From Vicugna vicugna (lineage: Eukaryota): a stretch of 64,000 bases of DNA. Of the stretch, positions 23,187 to 36,561 are shown piece after piece. The position numbers were made by a program, and so were the translations under genes. The notes under the pieces are model-generated. The model did no database searches, was not told the origin of the DNA, and was given only the letters and a program-made list of their open reading frames with translations. The stretch lies in assembly GCA_013265495.1 (NCBI GenBank), contig MU057801.1, positions 2,262,301 through 2,326,300 of the forward strand. The letters run 5' to 3'. Each line of letters starts with the position of its first letter. The stretch's first letter is position 1.

Positions 23187-26100
23187 ACAGTGAGTGTTGC
23201 TTCTTCCTCTCTCCTGGTGTGTCCGGGAGGTTGTGGGCGGGAGGAGGAGGTGTGCAGGCAGCAGTCCCAGCAGAAGGCATTGCAGACCGAGGCTGAGATC
23301 CAGGGTGGAGCACCTCGCGGAGGCCCAGGGGCGCCCCCGGGGGCACAGAGCCGGCTCACGGCCCCTCACACTGGAATCCCTCGAGGCACTCTGAAACACC
23401 AGGCCCCTACACCGACTGGCATGAGGGCGCCTGCCCCCTCCCCCCAGGCCAGAGCCGCTCCATCTGCTGCGTTATTAAAGGGAAACACCTGTGCCCGTGG
23501 TGATGGTTGACTGCAGGGCTGTGTGGGGCGGGCCCCGGCCGCCAGTTTCCCTGGTAACTGATGAGCCAACCTGATGTCAGTTCTCCTGTAAATGGGCGCC
23601 GCCTCCCCCCGCCGGCTGCGGCACACAGTGGAGTGTCCCTCTAGGACCTCGCGTCAGACATGTAAGCACCCCTGTCCACTAAGCCCCTGACATCGCAGTC
23701 ACTGCCTCCGGCCCCTGTGGTCCCTTGGCTGGGCATCCACAGGGCTTGCCGGCCTGCGGGGCACTGCCCAGCAGAGGCTGATTCGGCAGGAGCTGCTGCT
23801 GGACTTCAGGCTCAGAAGCCCCCTGTGAGGGGTGGGGTGGGATGCCCCCTTCTCATCTCGGGCCTGGGTGGGAGGCAAGTCCCACCAGGACTCGGCTCAG
23901 AGCGAAGTCCCTGGGGCCTGAAGGGCTGCCTAAGAAGCTTCAGGCCAGCAGCTGTGGGCGTCCCTGAGGGCAGGAGGGAAGTCAGAGTGCAGACCTCCAG
24001 GGGCTCCTCGTGTCCACCAGGCCCTCCTTCCGGACTAGAAGGAGGGTTTGCAGTCGGGAGAGCTGTCAGATGAAAGACCGCCTCCCCCAGACCACCGAGC
24101 TAGCCTGGCTCTGCGACTCCGACGGAGGAGGACAGGCTGGGCAGGGGAAAGACTTGGGGGAGCCAGCCTCTCTGTGCTCCTTGTCTTCTGTTATTTGGAA
24201 AGCAGGTGAGAGGGTAGATGTTCTGGCAGCCCTTTTGGGCTGTGAGCCCCATTGGGCCACATGAAAGGGACGGAGGAAAGGAAAGCAGGTCAACCTCAGG
24301 GAGTCCCCACCAGCCTTTGGTGACCACCCTCACCCCCAGCTTCTCTCAGGGGAGTAAGAAGCACGTCCACCTGACTGAAGCCGCTGCTGTCTGGGGGCCT
24401 GTTTACAATCAGTGCCAAGATGGAGGAAAGAGTGTGAAACAGGACAGGACTCTCTCCTTCCTGTGTAAGGCGCCCTTACACACCAGTGGGAGAAATCAGA
24501 CAAAAAGGGCAACAGAACAAGAAAATGGGAAACCACAAAAATATGCATGGAGGTGGAGCGGGAGAAAGGGAGGCGACGCGGCACTAGCGAGTCACGGTAG
24601 TGGAAGCAGGCGCGGTGTTAGCCGTGGACACGGGCCTCCAGCTGTTACCCACCAGGGTCCCTGGACTCCTTAGTCAATAGAAGTTGACAAGAGGCCGGGC
24701 GAGGGATTCAGGCGAGGCTTTCCTGGGGCCCATGCCGCACAGACGGAGCGAGAACAAGTGACAGGCGCCCCTGCTCGCTCCCCGGGGTCAGGGGCAAGTG
24801 AGCTGGTCCTTAAATGGGGGCGGGTGGGGACAGGTCCAGGGCTCGTGCGGGAGGGGTGGCTCAGGTGGTCGGCACCACCAAGGGGTGCGCAGGGATCACG
24901 CCCAGCACCACACAAGTGGCAGTTGGGTTCTTGGTCTTCCTGCATCTTGTTCACAGTGGGCCCCAGCTGCACATGCACGCAGTTATTTTTAGTCCCTTGT
25001 AGTTCCTTTGTGTTCTGTTTCTCCAGGGGAGTCTGTCCAGGTGCGGGCCCTGCAGCCAGGGGTCCCGGGTCCCAGCCTGTCTCACATCCAGTCCTCCCCG
25101 GTGGGTATCATCTAACTGATGGCAGAAGGTACCATCGCCCAGCAGACTGGCCAAGGCCAGGAAACCCCAATCTCCCCAGCAGATTGGGACCTCGGGGGCA
25201 ACTGGTCTGCACGATGGGAGATGGTGGGAAGTGGGGTCGGGCATTTGGGGGAGCAATTTCCTGGGAGAAAGCGGGGAAGGGGTGAGGTGCCCCCAGCAGG
25301 GGAGGGGGTGAGATGCCGCGTCCCTGCCTCTAGCCCAGAGAGAAGGGGCGTTAACAGGATCTGCTGAGCCTGACGGGCCCCCACTGGACACAGCCTGCAG
25401 GGACCACTGTCCCCGGGCTGTGCGTCCCCGGGGCAGGCTGGGCAGGGTGGGTCCTGCTGCCGTGTCGGGAGGGCTCCCACTCCCTATGACAGAGCAGAGG
25501 GGCCTGACCCCAGGGACCAGATGGAGAGTTGCGGGACAGAGGACTGCTGTACCGGGGCAGCTTGTGCTTAGGGGAAGCCCGGGTTGGTTTCCTGGGCTGA
25601 GACGCAGGCCTGAGTGAGGAGCCTGGCCTGAGGGGTCTCTTGGGTGCTGGGTGACTGGGCCCCTGGGAGAGGCTGAGAAGCAGGTGGACAGATTCTCAAG
25701 GGCTCCTGGAGCTGCTCAGGGAGCGAGAGCCCCCCAGAGCAAGAGGTCTTGTTCTAAAGCCGGAAGATCTCAGCAGTGTTGGGGCCTCAGAAAGCCCACT
25801 CAGGTGGCCCAGGAGAGAAGGCCCCAGGTTGAGGGACAGCCAACTCCTCCCCTCCAAAGGCTCACGGCTAAGAAACTCGGGTGACAGAGGGCGCAGGGGC
25901 CAGGAGGGCGCCGGCCCGGCTGAGGGGTCCAGGCATTCAGCCTCCCCTCGGCGTGCGGGGCTCTGGGGGATGTGGGTGAATGCAGGCCTTTCCCGTCTGC
26001 CAGTGAGCGCCAGGCGTCAGCAGGGCACCCTCGAAGAGCTCATCAGACAGCACTTGATCTGTGGGTCGCTGCCTGGCGGACCGACCGCCCTGGTCTGCCC

Positions 26101-26319
26101 AGGGCTGGGGGTTCCTGGATGGGTTTTTAAAGCTAAGATCGAGAAAGGCCCAGGAAAACTGGGCGGTCACCCTACTTCAGCCGAGTTTATGCTGCAGACC
26201 AGTCGACTCTCAACAGCATGGTGGCCTCTGGAAACAGGGAAGGAGGGGCGTGTGGCAGGACCACTAGTGCTGGGAGCAGGCGCAGCAGGCTGTCCCACTG
26301 GGCCCGGTGGGCGGACGTG

Positions 26320-26450
26320 CCCCCAGCCACACGGGACCCGCTGAGCACTTGAAATGTGGCTCCTGTGACTGGGTGCTGGGCTTATACGTCGTTCTAGTTA
26401 ACTGAAGTCAGAACAGCCACAGGGGGCATTGGTTCCTACTGTTGCGGTGC
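26320..26450. mobile_element. hAT-Charlie MITE remnant (MER3-like)
   Basis: gccacac...tgagcacttgaaatgtggct...gtgactg resembles the recalled MER3 core. Confidence 0.55.
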
Positions 26451-28739
26451 AGAGATGAAGGAGGATGCTGGTCCGGAGCCTGGCAGTCACAGGGGACACC
26501 AGCGCCTTTTCAGCTGGAATGTGTCTCTGAAGCGACCAGGTTGATGTGAAGTGCAGACCCCGACGCCTGTTGGGCTCCACAAAGGCGAGGCCGGAAAGAC
26601 CCTGGTCCTCGACGCCCCCGATAGCGTCAGGGCCTCCCCTGCTTCTTCCCTGAAATGAGGCACCGCGTGGGCTTGCGGCTGCCCTGAAGCAAACGCGGGG
26701 GAGCTCAGACCCAGGCGTGAAGAGCGCCCCGGCCAGGCCACCAAGGCCACTCTCTCTTGCTGGTGAGCTGCCACCTCCCGCTTCCAGGCGGAAGGTGAGC
26801 CAGGTGGCCGCCCAGTCTCGTTCTCCCTGACTTGGCGCGAGCACTGTCCTCCAGCAGGCCCGGTGGGGGCGGAAAGGGTGAGGCTTCCCCTGCACCTCCC
26901 GCTTGAGCCTGAAGACGAACTGTTTCAGTTTCCCTAAGGAATGGTGTGCAGGTGAGTGTGTGCGCCTGCGTGTGTGCTCCCATGCCACTGTGGCCCCTGG
27001 GGTCCCCCCAGGTGTGCCCTACCCCAAACACTCCTCCATCACCCCCAACCAAATGCACAAGCCTGCACAAGTGGTGTTTTTATTCAGGATTTCAGAACCA
27101 GGGCCTTCTACATGGCAAAGCAAACAGGTGGGTCGGGGGACCGATCGTGATGTCAGCAGTCCTGCTGCCGGGATTCAGGTGGCCCAGCAGCCCCACCCGC
27201 TGTCAGGAAAACCTGCAGACCACATGGAAGGCGCTCCCGCAACCCCACCGCCACCCTGCAACCTAGAGCGACCCTGCCAAACCTCCCGTCCACACGGTCA
27301 GACCAGGGATCCTTCAGAGTGAAGGTATGCTGGGCGGCCTCCCGCTTCTGGGTGCTTGGAGGCTGGCAGTGGACTGCACTGACATGGAATGAGCTGGAAG
27401 GCAGGCAGCGGGAAACCTGGTTCAGGGCCTTCTGCACCACATCAGCGGGGGCTCCTCCACACAGCAGGGTGGCTTCTCATCCGTGCTGGGCGGTACACAC
27501 TGGCCAGCTCGGCAGCCCTGCACGCCGGCTCATGGCATTTCCTGAAACACAACAAAATGTCACACTCTTGGCCTGGATGAAGTGGCGGAAAAGCTTCCAT
27601 CTCAGGACCCGGGGAGCTGCAAGCTCAGAGGGGAGCAGAACTGCAGGCCCCGGAGACTCACCCCAGTTCCAGACGCGCCCCAGGGACCCGCTAGAGCAGG
27701 ACAACCACCTGGGCACTGGCAAGGGATGCAGGCTCTCAAACCAACTGTACACGCGGTCCTGATTCCTAGTAAGGCTGGAGGGCCACCGCTTTAGAGGAAC
27801 AGCCTCCTCTTCTGTCGCTGGAAGACTGTGACGTCGGAGGAGCATGCAGGTCAACCCCTGGGCGTTGCGGAGGCAGGAACTGGGCTGAGATTTCAGCCAC
27901 TGCTCAGTGTCTGCAAGCCTCACGTTCCTCGTCTGCACAGTGGGAGGAGTATCACACCTGGGAAGCCTGAGTGCAGGGTCAGGCCAGAGCCTGCTGCGTG
28001 GATCATGATCAACTCAAGACAGGAGGATCAATGTGCACCTTTCAAGCTTGGAATAGACCACATTCAGAAGCTTCTGCACACAGGACAAAGATAACTTCTG
28101 AACCAGATAAGAGTCTATAGGTCAGTAAGGCTTAGCAAAGTGGAGACTCGGGAAAGGATTCTAGCACACACACTGCAGAGGTGCACGTGGCCTCGCTACC
28201 GGACAGGGTGCTCACCCAACCTCAGTTTTTAAAGGCATGTTACAAAGGACAACCACAGTAGATGTGGCAGTTTCCCTGAAGCCCCCCTTTGTTAACACAT
28301 TTTCAAAGGACTGAACCCCTGCTCATCTCTGGGTAGACCTCCTAGTGGGTCTCGGGTAATCCTACTGCCCTTGCGAGAGCGAAGGTTCCAGGCTCGGGCA
28401 CAGCAAACAGAACTGAAGAGCAGAGGGGAGAGGGAAGTTGGGTTCCAGGCAGTTCTGATGCACTGTTGGACTAATCCCACCCCAAAGCCCAAACCCCACC
28501 TCCAGTCTCGAGTCAGCAACGCCCAGTAACAACAGTTTGATGGGCCTTTCTGCAAACTGCAGTCAAAGTCGCCTAACAGGTAGGAACCGCCACTTTGCAT
28601 CATTCATAGTGATAGCGGACGAGAACTTACTGCTGTACCCCACGCTGGCCAGGGTCCAGGAGAAGGAGCATTCCTGCTCAGCTGTTCGGGGCGGTGACTG
28701 CACAAGCTCTTCTGAGAGCAAGTGACACAATTCAGGCCC

Positions 28740-28930
28740 TTATTGCTGTGGTTCCGTTTCTAGGGATACATACTTTGCAAGTGCAACTGCTTGTACGTAA
28801 CCTTTATACAAAATGATTCATCACAGGGTCTTTGTGGTAATAGTCAAAGCACCCTAAACGTCCATCAATGAGATTAAACAAGTTGTAATGTTTCTACAGA
28901 GTGGCTTACTGTGCAGCCTTGAAAATGCCA
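28740..28930 (+). mobile_element. old L1ME-like fragment
   Basis: gtaatagtcaaagcaccctaaacgtccatcaatgag...actgtgcagcc resembles the L1M ORF2-end/3'UTR. Confidence 0.5.
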
Positions 28931-29479
28931 TATGATTGTGAAACAGTCTTCCAGATTCTTTGGTAGTCAGAAGAGTTCAAACTCTTTGTAGAATATCAAC
29001 AATAGTTGTCCCAAGCATCGAGAAAAACGTCCCAAGAACTGCTCAAGGTACTTTGCACTATTTCCAACCTCATTTTAGAGATGAGAAATTAATTAGTGCT
29101 TTAAAAAAAAAAGGATTCCATACAGGCTTGGCTCTGTATGCATGACCTTCTGGAAGGACTGGCAAAAACGTAAGGATGGCTGTCCTTAGAGATTAGGTTC
29201 TCGATTTTCACTGAGGAGGCAAGGCATTTGCTGCAACCATTTGCTCGTAAACTTCATTTAAAAAAAAAAAAAACACAGTGCACAGATTTAAGTCTTACTG
29301 TAGAATCAGAAATGCGTTTCTGTAGCCAGAAATAAAGGGCTTTCAGGGTGCGGGCATGGCGAGGAGTGGCCTTTCTCCCCACAGTCTCCAAGTAGATGCT
29401 TCTCTGAAACATACTGGAGCCTCCTCAAAACGGGTACGTTTTAAATATTGGAAGAACCACCAGCTACCCTTGTGGGAAG

Positions 29480-29830
29480 TTCAACCCGGGCAGTTTGCCC
29501 AGACTCCGGCAGGTGAGGCCTGTGCCAGGCGCAAAGTCCTGGCTGGGCCCCAGCTGCCCTCAGACGCTGGTCTGACGGCCGGGGGCGCGAGCGGCGGCAC
29601 CGCGCAGCCCCGGGCCCCGACCAGCCCGAACCGGCCCCGCGGCCACCAGCCCGAGGTCCGCACGCCGAAGTGCCCGCGCTTCCGACCCGCAAGCAGGGCG
29701 GCGGCATCACCATCCCGCGACCGCGCAGGACCAATCGGAGGACGGCGTGACCGCCAGTGGGCGTGAGCGCCTGAGGAGCCGGGAGGGGCGGGGCTGGGGC
29801 TGCGCGCGCAGCTTCTGCGCTCCTGCCCCT
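29480..29830. promoter_or_regulatory. orphan CpG island / promoter-like element between NXT1 and GZF1
   Basis: CpG-dense; CCAAT 29731-29735, GC box 29786-29794, palindromic TGCGCGCGCA 29801-29810. Confidence 0.6.
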
Positions 29831-30904
29831 GCGGTTTAGACCTTGCCGAAGGGTGGTCCTTCAGGTGTGCGTCCATACGTTTGCTTGTAAATGCGATCGT
29901 CTCCTGAGTACAAAGCATACCTTCTTTACTCACTATCACATGGTGAGCATTTCCCCAGGAAATTCCACATTTTCCCAGCTTCACTGAAGTATAGTCGAGT
30001 CTGTACTTGATGACTTGATAACTGTATATATTCTGAAGTGATCAAAAGTTTCATTAGACATTTTTGAAAACATCATTTTAATGACTGCACAGTAAACCAG
30101 TGCATTGGCATATTATAATTATTCGGTCATCTCCTTGTGGGCGAGTAGGTTTTCTTCAGTTTTTCACCAATGTATTACCTGAAAATTCCTCATTCTCACT
30201 TCTGTTACCGAAACTCACGTCTGGCTGCTCCCTGCTCAGAGCCAATACAAAGAGAGGCGCCTGTAAGTAGAAAGGAAAATTTGCTGTATTTCGGAGGCCG
30301 GCAGGGGGGTGGGGGTGGGCTTCTGCCAAAAGCCCACTCCCCGCTGCCAATCAGTTGGCGAGAGTTTCAAAGGGGAGTTTCGGGGTGCACAGGTGGAGGG
30401 AGGGGGCTGCTTGCCGAACAGGACAGTCAGCGCCAACAGTCCTGCTGAGACTGGTCGTGCGGTGTCTGACCAGCGTCATCTTGATTAAGTACAGTTAATC
30501 TTCAGTTCCAGGGTCGGTTTGTTCCCACTTCTTTGAGGCCAATTCTCCGAACTGCAGCAGCTGATGTCATGGCTACAGCCTGGTCATCATGTAGTTAGCT
30601 TTTCCCACCCGGTGGGGGTTTCAGTATCCACAGTGCCCAGGAGGGTGTGGAGGTGAGGTGGTCAGGCAGTAAAGGCTAGATCCCTGGGCTTCTGCAAGAG
30701 GCTGCCCCATCTGCCCCCAATACCTTAGGAACCACGCTTCTCAGGGTTCACTTTTGGATTCGTACAAACCAGGCATGGAACTTTTAGGATGCTATTTAAT
30801 CGCACCTTCTCTGGTTCTTTTCTGATGTTTACCTGGTCTGACAGGAGATAGCGCCTCTGTTCTGTAGCTAGGAAGGCGTGTGGTCTGGGTAGAGGTCTCC
30901 TGTG

Positions 30905-31040
30905 GAGGTTCGAAGCTGGCTCTATCTTGCACTGTGTGACCTTGGGTAAGTAGGCTAAACTTCCCGTGCCTCAGTTTCCTCATCTGTATAATGGGAGGGG
31001 GTGATAATACCACTTCAGATTTTGTGAGAAGTGACTAACA
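30905..31040. mobile_element. MIR SINE
   Basis: tgtgtgaccttgggtaagt...gtgcctcagtttcctcatctgtataatggg is the MIR core. Confidence 0.8.
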
Positions 31041-31999
31041 CCAGTGACAGAGGGTGGTGGCTCACCCTCTGTAACCATGAAGCACATTCTGTTCTTATTG
31101 AGACTTGGAACCAGAATGGGAAAGTTTGCAGGGAGGAGATGCGTTTGCAGGAGGTTGGGGACCTGGATGGAGGGCAAGAGCCGTCCTTATACTGCAGAAA
31201 GAGTAAACTGTCAGCCCGTGCACCTGGGCATGAGCCCCGGTCTCCAGCAAGTCAGATGGATTCTGGAAATCCTCCCGAGAAGGGGCATGACTGCAGGACC
31301 TACATCCAGGGAAAGCCGGAGGGAGAAAGGGCCAACAGGTGTGTGAGGAGGGCGGGGCTGTTCAGGAACCATCAGAACTCAGTCATATTTTTTAGATGCA
31401 GCAGAAAGTAGAGATTATGTGTAGGCTTGTACAAATCAGAAGCTAGAAAGTAGAGTGGGAAAGGTGGTGGAACTGCTTTGTCCTGTTTGGGCTTCACTGA
31501 AACCAGTGCTGACTCACTTCCCTGAGGCCACTGGCTTCTGTGCTGACCGCACCCAGAAAGGGCAGGTGGGCGCAGTGCCAGGTTCACTGGAGGTGGCAGG
31601 AAGGGCCCCTAGAACGTGCCCTACCTGGAGGAGGAGCAGGGCCTGGGCCAGCTGCCCTCTGCCACATGGCCTGCAGGCTCGCTGGCCCTAGGCTCCTTCC
31701 ACCAGTGACATCGTGTGTGTCAGGGCGAGGCCTTCTATTCTGTGATGGACTTGAGAACTTAACAGCCCGAAACACATAAGCTGATGGATGGTTAACTACA
31801 GTTATTTCCAATCACTCCGTTCTGGCTACTCCCTTCCCCTACTGCCCTGACCCAAGGGAAAAGAGGCTGCCCGAGGCCTCCTCGGTAGACCCTCACCCAG
31901 GCCCTGCTCCCCGGGACCAGGGCGTCGTTGGTTCACACAGCATCCCAGCCGTTTCCGGCGGATGCTTTACGGACCGTGTCAGAGACAGTAAGGAGGGTT

Positions 32000-33500
32000 G
32001 TTTAATACGACGACTGAGCAGAGGATCTGCCTCGTTTCTGGACCGGAAGATACGGGGTGGGATACACGAGTGACAGGTCCGCGAACCGCGAGTGTGCCTG
32101 GGTCTGCTGGACATCTGGGAGAAATGGGGACAAACGGACGCTCCGAGCTGCGATGTCAACCCTCCAGGCTGCGACGACGCGTTCCCAACTCGGACGCGAG
32201 CGAGGCCTCCGCCGGTGCCCGGCGGTCACCGACGGCGCGCACACACCCGGAAACGGCGGCTCCAGCCCGAAGCTCGCAGGATCTCTGAGCACATACGGCT
32301 CCGGCTCCGCTCTTAACTGCCCGCTTGCCGCGTACCGACACCGCACCACGCCGCTCCAGCTCAGCCCACCGCTGCCTGCGGCACGTGGCAGCGCCCCGCC
32401 CACCTCCGGGGCCGCCCCCCACTTCCGGGGACCCGCCTGCCCACTTCTGCCCCGCCCGCTCACTTCCGGGTGCCCGCCCCGCCCTCTCCCAGGGGCCGCC
32501 CACCCGCTGTCCTGCCCTCGGGTAGAGGCTGGGGAGGAGCCAGTACGTGACCGCGCGCCCGGTAGGTCACGCGCCTTCCTCGGGGGGCTCCCACCCTGCC
32601 CACTCCGCGTTGCGAGAGGCGCCGAGTCGGAGTCGCAGTTTCCCACGCAGGCGCAGACTTGGCTCGCTATGGGTGACGCAATTTGCGCAGTCGGTCCAAC
32701 GCACGGCCGCAGCGTGCGACGGATCACGTAACTTCCCTGCCTCCGCAGTCGGACGTGCGCGCGCAGGACAGCCCACCGACAGGGGGCGGGGCCAGGCTCG
32801 CAGCAACCAATCAGCGTCCCCCTCTCCGCGCCGCCCCGCCCCTGTCCGTCCGTCGGTCCCAGGGCCTGGTCCTCGGAAGCGCGGTGGCGGCGGCCGGGTG
32901 GTGGGTGCGCGGCCCGCGGGGCGGGGGGCGCGGAGGGCCGGCGGCGGGCGCTGCCTGGGCTCCGATTCGGCCGGGAGGCCTCCGGGGAGTCGGGGCTGGG
33001 CCGGGCCGGCCGGCGGGCGTGGGGAGAGGAGGCCACCTGCGGCCATTTCCCCGCCGGCCGCGGGCGCTGTCCTCCGGCCGGCGGCCTCTGAGGGGCTGGC
33101 CGGGCAGGTGAGGCTGGCCTCCGGGCCGCGGGCCGCGCGGGGGCGGGGCGGGGGCGGGGCCNNNNNNNNNNNNNNNNNNNNNNNNNNNNNNNNNNNNNNN
33201 NNNNNNNNNNNNNNNNNNNNNNNNNNNNNNNNNNNNNNNNNNNNNNTGCGGGAGCGCCGCGGGGAGCGTCTGCGCCGGGTCCGGACCGGCCGGCGGGAGG
33301 GCGGCGCGGTGCGCGGGGACCCGGCCGCTCCCGTGACCTTGTCAGCGCGCCCGTGAAGCGGCGGGGCAGCCCCAGGACGGCCTGTCAGCCGCCCGCACGG
33401 AGCCGCCTGCCGTTCGGAGGGGCCCAGGTCTCCGCTCGGGGGACACGGGCCGCAGCGCGGCCCGGGGAACGGTGACCCCGGGTAGGAGGGGTTTCGGGGT
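32000..33500 (+). promoter_or_regulatory. GZF1: GZF1 CpG-island promoter / non-coding exon 1
   Basis: CpG-dense; ACTTCCGG ETS sites at 32421 and 32462, TGACGCAAT 32674-32682, GC box 32783-32792, CCAAT 32807-32811; candidate donor CAG|GTGAGG at 33107/33108. Confidence 0.75.
33162..33246. other. assembly gap (85 N)
   Basis: run of N inside the CpG island. Confidence 0.97.
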
Positions 33501-34034
33501 TGGAAGTGGCCATGGATCCTGGGCTACTTTTCCAAGAAGTTTTGTTCATGGAAAGAGCTATCTATTTAGTTGGCTGTTTCAGACGCTGACGGCATCCTCT
33601 AAGGGTTGCTCTCAGACGGTGGCTGCCAATGTATTTTGATTATTTGGTTTTCTGGTCAAAGTAGACATTTATTGTTGCTATAAATTCTGTTAGTTTGGGG
33701 GCTTTGGGGCTATGAGCAAACTAGAAAATGGTCCAGATAAACAAGTGACTCCTTTAATGTATTTCATTAATTTTAACTTTATTGCTGGTGGAAATGTCAG
33801 ACTACGTTTTCATGCTCCTATCTTAGGAAAGTGCACCAGGGCTTCAGAAACGTGCTTAGTGGCATGTGATTTGAATCTGTGTATGAGAAAAGTTAGATTT
33901 AGGTTATTAATCAGTGTAAATCCTCTGAAGAACTGAAGTAATCCTCAGAGTTTCTAATCCTTTTACTTCCATGGTTGCTCATGCACGAATAATTCTTGCT
34001 TTTGTTTTCAAAGCTATTTCTGGGAAGAAGAAAC

Positions 34035-35407
34035 ATGGAAAGTGGTGCGGTTCTGCTGGAATCCAAGTCCTCACCCTTTAACCTTCTGCGTGAGATGCAC
34101 CAGCTCCGCCTTCTGGGTCACCTGTGCGACGTGACTGTCAGCGTGGAGTACCAGGGTGTCCGTGAGGAATTCATGGCCCACAAGGCAGTGCTGGCTGCCA
34201 CCAGCAAGTTTTTTAAGGAAGTGTTCCTTAACGAGAAGACTGTGGATGGTGCCAGGACTAATGTCTACTTAGACGAAGTGCAGGTTGCTGACTTTGCTTC
34301 TTTTCTTGAGTTTGTCTACACCGCAAAGGTGCAGGTGGAGGAAGACCGGGTGCCGCGAATGCTGGAGATGGCCGACAGGCTGAAGTGCTTGGACTTGTCC
34401 GAAACTTGCTTTCAGTTGAAGAAACAAATGTTAGAGTCTGTACTTCTGGAGTTGCAGAATTTCTCGGAGTCTCAGGAGGCAGAAGGGAGCGGTGGCTCCC
34501 TGGTCACTGCTGCCACCGTCCCCGACCCTCGGGAAGGGGTGGCTGTGGATGGCCCTCTCGCCAACGGCCTGGCAGGCTCCCCAGATCCCCCGAGCGAGAG
34601 GGTGAGCAGTGGCGTGCCGCCAGGCACGTGCCCGAGGAAACCCAAGGACAAGCCGGACAAGAGAAGAGAGGCCGCCAAGCCTCCCTACCCTAAGGTCAGG
34701 AGGGCGAGCGGGAGGCTGGCTGGGAGAAAGGTGTTTGTGGAAATCCCTAAAAAGAAGTATACCCGGAGGCTCCGCGAGCAGCAGAAGGGAGTGGAGGAGG
34801 CCGGGGAGGACCCCGGGTGCCCCCGAGACCCCAGCCCGGACACCGTGGCGACAGAGAAGGAGCTGGTGACCAAAGACGAGGACGGCAGTGCTGGGGCGGA
34901 GGCTGAGGGAGAGCTGCCGAGGGCGGGGCCCGGGGAGGAGGAAGAGGAGGAGGAGGAGGACGGGGCCGCGGTGGGGGCGAGGAGGAGCGGCTTCCAGTGC
35001 ACCGTCTGCGAGAAGGCCTTCCTGTACGAGAAGAGCTTCCTGAAGCACGTGCGGCACCACCACGGCGTGGCCACCGAGGTGGTCCACCGCTGCGACACCT
35101 GCGGCCAGACCTTCGCCAACCGCTGCAACCTGCGGGGCCATCAGCGCCACGTGCACAGCAGTGAGCGCCACTTCCCCTGCGAGCTGTGCGGGAAGAAGTT
35201 CAAGCGGAAGAAGGACGTGAAGCGGCACGTGGTGCAGGTGCACGAGGGCGGCGGCGAGCGGCACCAGTGCCAGCAGTGCGGGAAGGGCCTGAGCTCCAAG
35301 ACAGCACTGCGGCTGCACGAGCGCACGCACACGGGCCACAAGCCCTACGGCTGCACCGAGTGCCAGGCCAGGTTCTCGCAGCCCTCGGCTCTGAAGACCC
35401 ACATGAG
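34035..35407 (+). CDS. GZF1: GDNF-inducible zinc finger protein 1 (ZBTB23), first coding exon: BTB/POZ, basic segment, first C2H2 fingers
   Basis: MESGAVLLESKSSPFNLL...HLCDVTVSVEY...AHKAVLAA BTB motif; KVRRASGRLAGRKVFVEIPKKKY; C2H2 fingers; acceptor ttttcaaag ending 34013; donor AG|GTAGGG at 35407. Confidence 0.97.
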
Positions 35408-36366
35408 GTAGGGCGGCCCGCGGCCCTGGAACGGGCTGGCGGGCCCGGCCAGTGTGGCCGCACTGCTCAGGGGCCCTCACTAGTCTGTTCGCGCTCCCAG
35501 TCGGGAGGCTGCTTTCAGACCCCTGGATTCTCTTTCCGGGCAGAGATGCCAGGAGGTGGCTCCCTGGGCACAGGAAGTGTCGCCAGGCCCCACTGCTGGC
35601 CTCCTGCTGCCCCCTTGTCCCAACCACCTCAGTCAGGTGACACTTTTCTGGGCTTGGAGAGTACCTGCTGCCATTTAGTCTAAACTCCAGAGTTAGGACA
35701 GTGATCTCTGGTCCCTGATTTTTGAACATCCAGTTTTTAAATAAGTTCCCTTATGGTGCTCAGTGTTTATGCCTGAAATGCAGACAGAACAGGTTTCTGC
35801 TCCCGACCTACCCTCAAACCTGGGCCAAGGCTGGTGGCGGGGTGGTCACCGTCCCATTACTGCCATTGAACTGCCTGGTCCAGGAAGGGCTCAGTGAACT
35901 GTGGTGGCGGCCACTGCACTCACCTTGCCGTGAAGTGAGGTGCTGACGCAGGCACCCTGGGGACCAGCACAGCCAGCACGTTGGGAGCAGTTCTTTCTAG
36001 ACGGCTTATGTCACTTGGGAGAGGATGGTAAACATTTTGATCACGTGGTGGTTTGTCAGCAATGGTCCCTACGGGGTTTGTGGGAGATCAGTTTCAATGG
36101 GGAAGCTTTACAGACCTTAGTGTCTTAAACAGCGTGCAGAGGCGTGGTCCCTGTCCACATGTGTCTGGCGGCAGCCCGAACCGTGAGGCCGGCGTGGGTG
36201 GAGGCTCTGCGTCTGGTGGGGACATGGCGGTGTCGGCCTTGTGCAGAAGCGGACTCGGGGTGGCAGTCCTGGGCCTCTCACTTCCGGTCCTTCTCACTGG
36301 GGTGCCCGGGGTAAACCGGCTTCACGAGTGAGGGTGGAAAGTGTGTTATTACAAAGTGAGCTTTGA

Positions 36367-36561
<195 letters not shown>

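Noticed and set aside
33996-34034. N-terminal extension MLLFSKLFLGRRN on the GZF1 ORF
   Set aside because: It begins at a TTG inside the intron polypyrimidine tract; the acceptor ends at 34013 and the first ATG is 34035
34431-35729. 432-aa minus-strand ORF (also the 194-aa ORF at 22519-23103)
   Set aside because: Antisense shadows of GC3-rich coding exons; no recognisable domain
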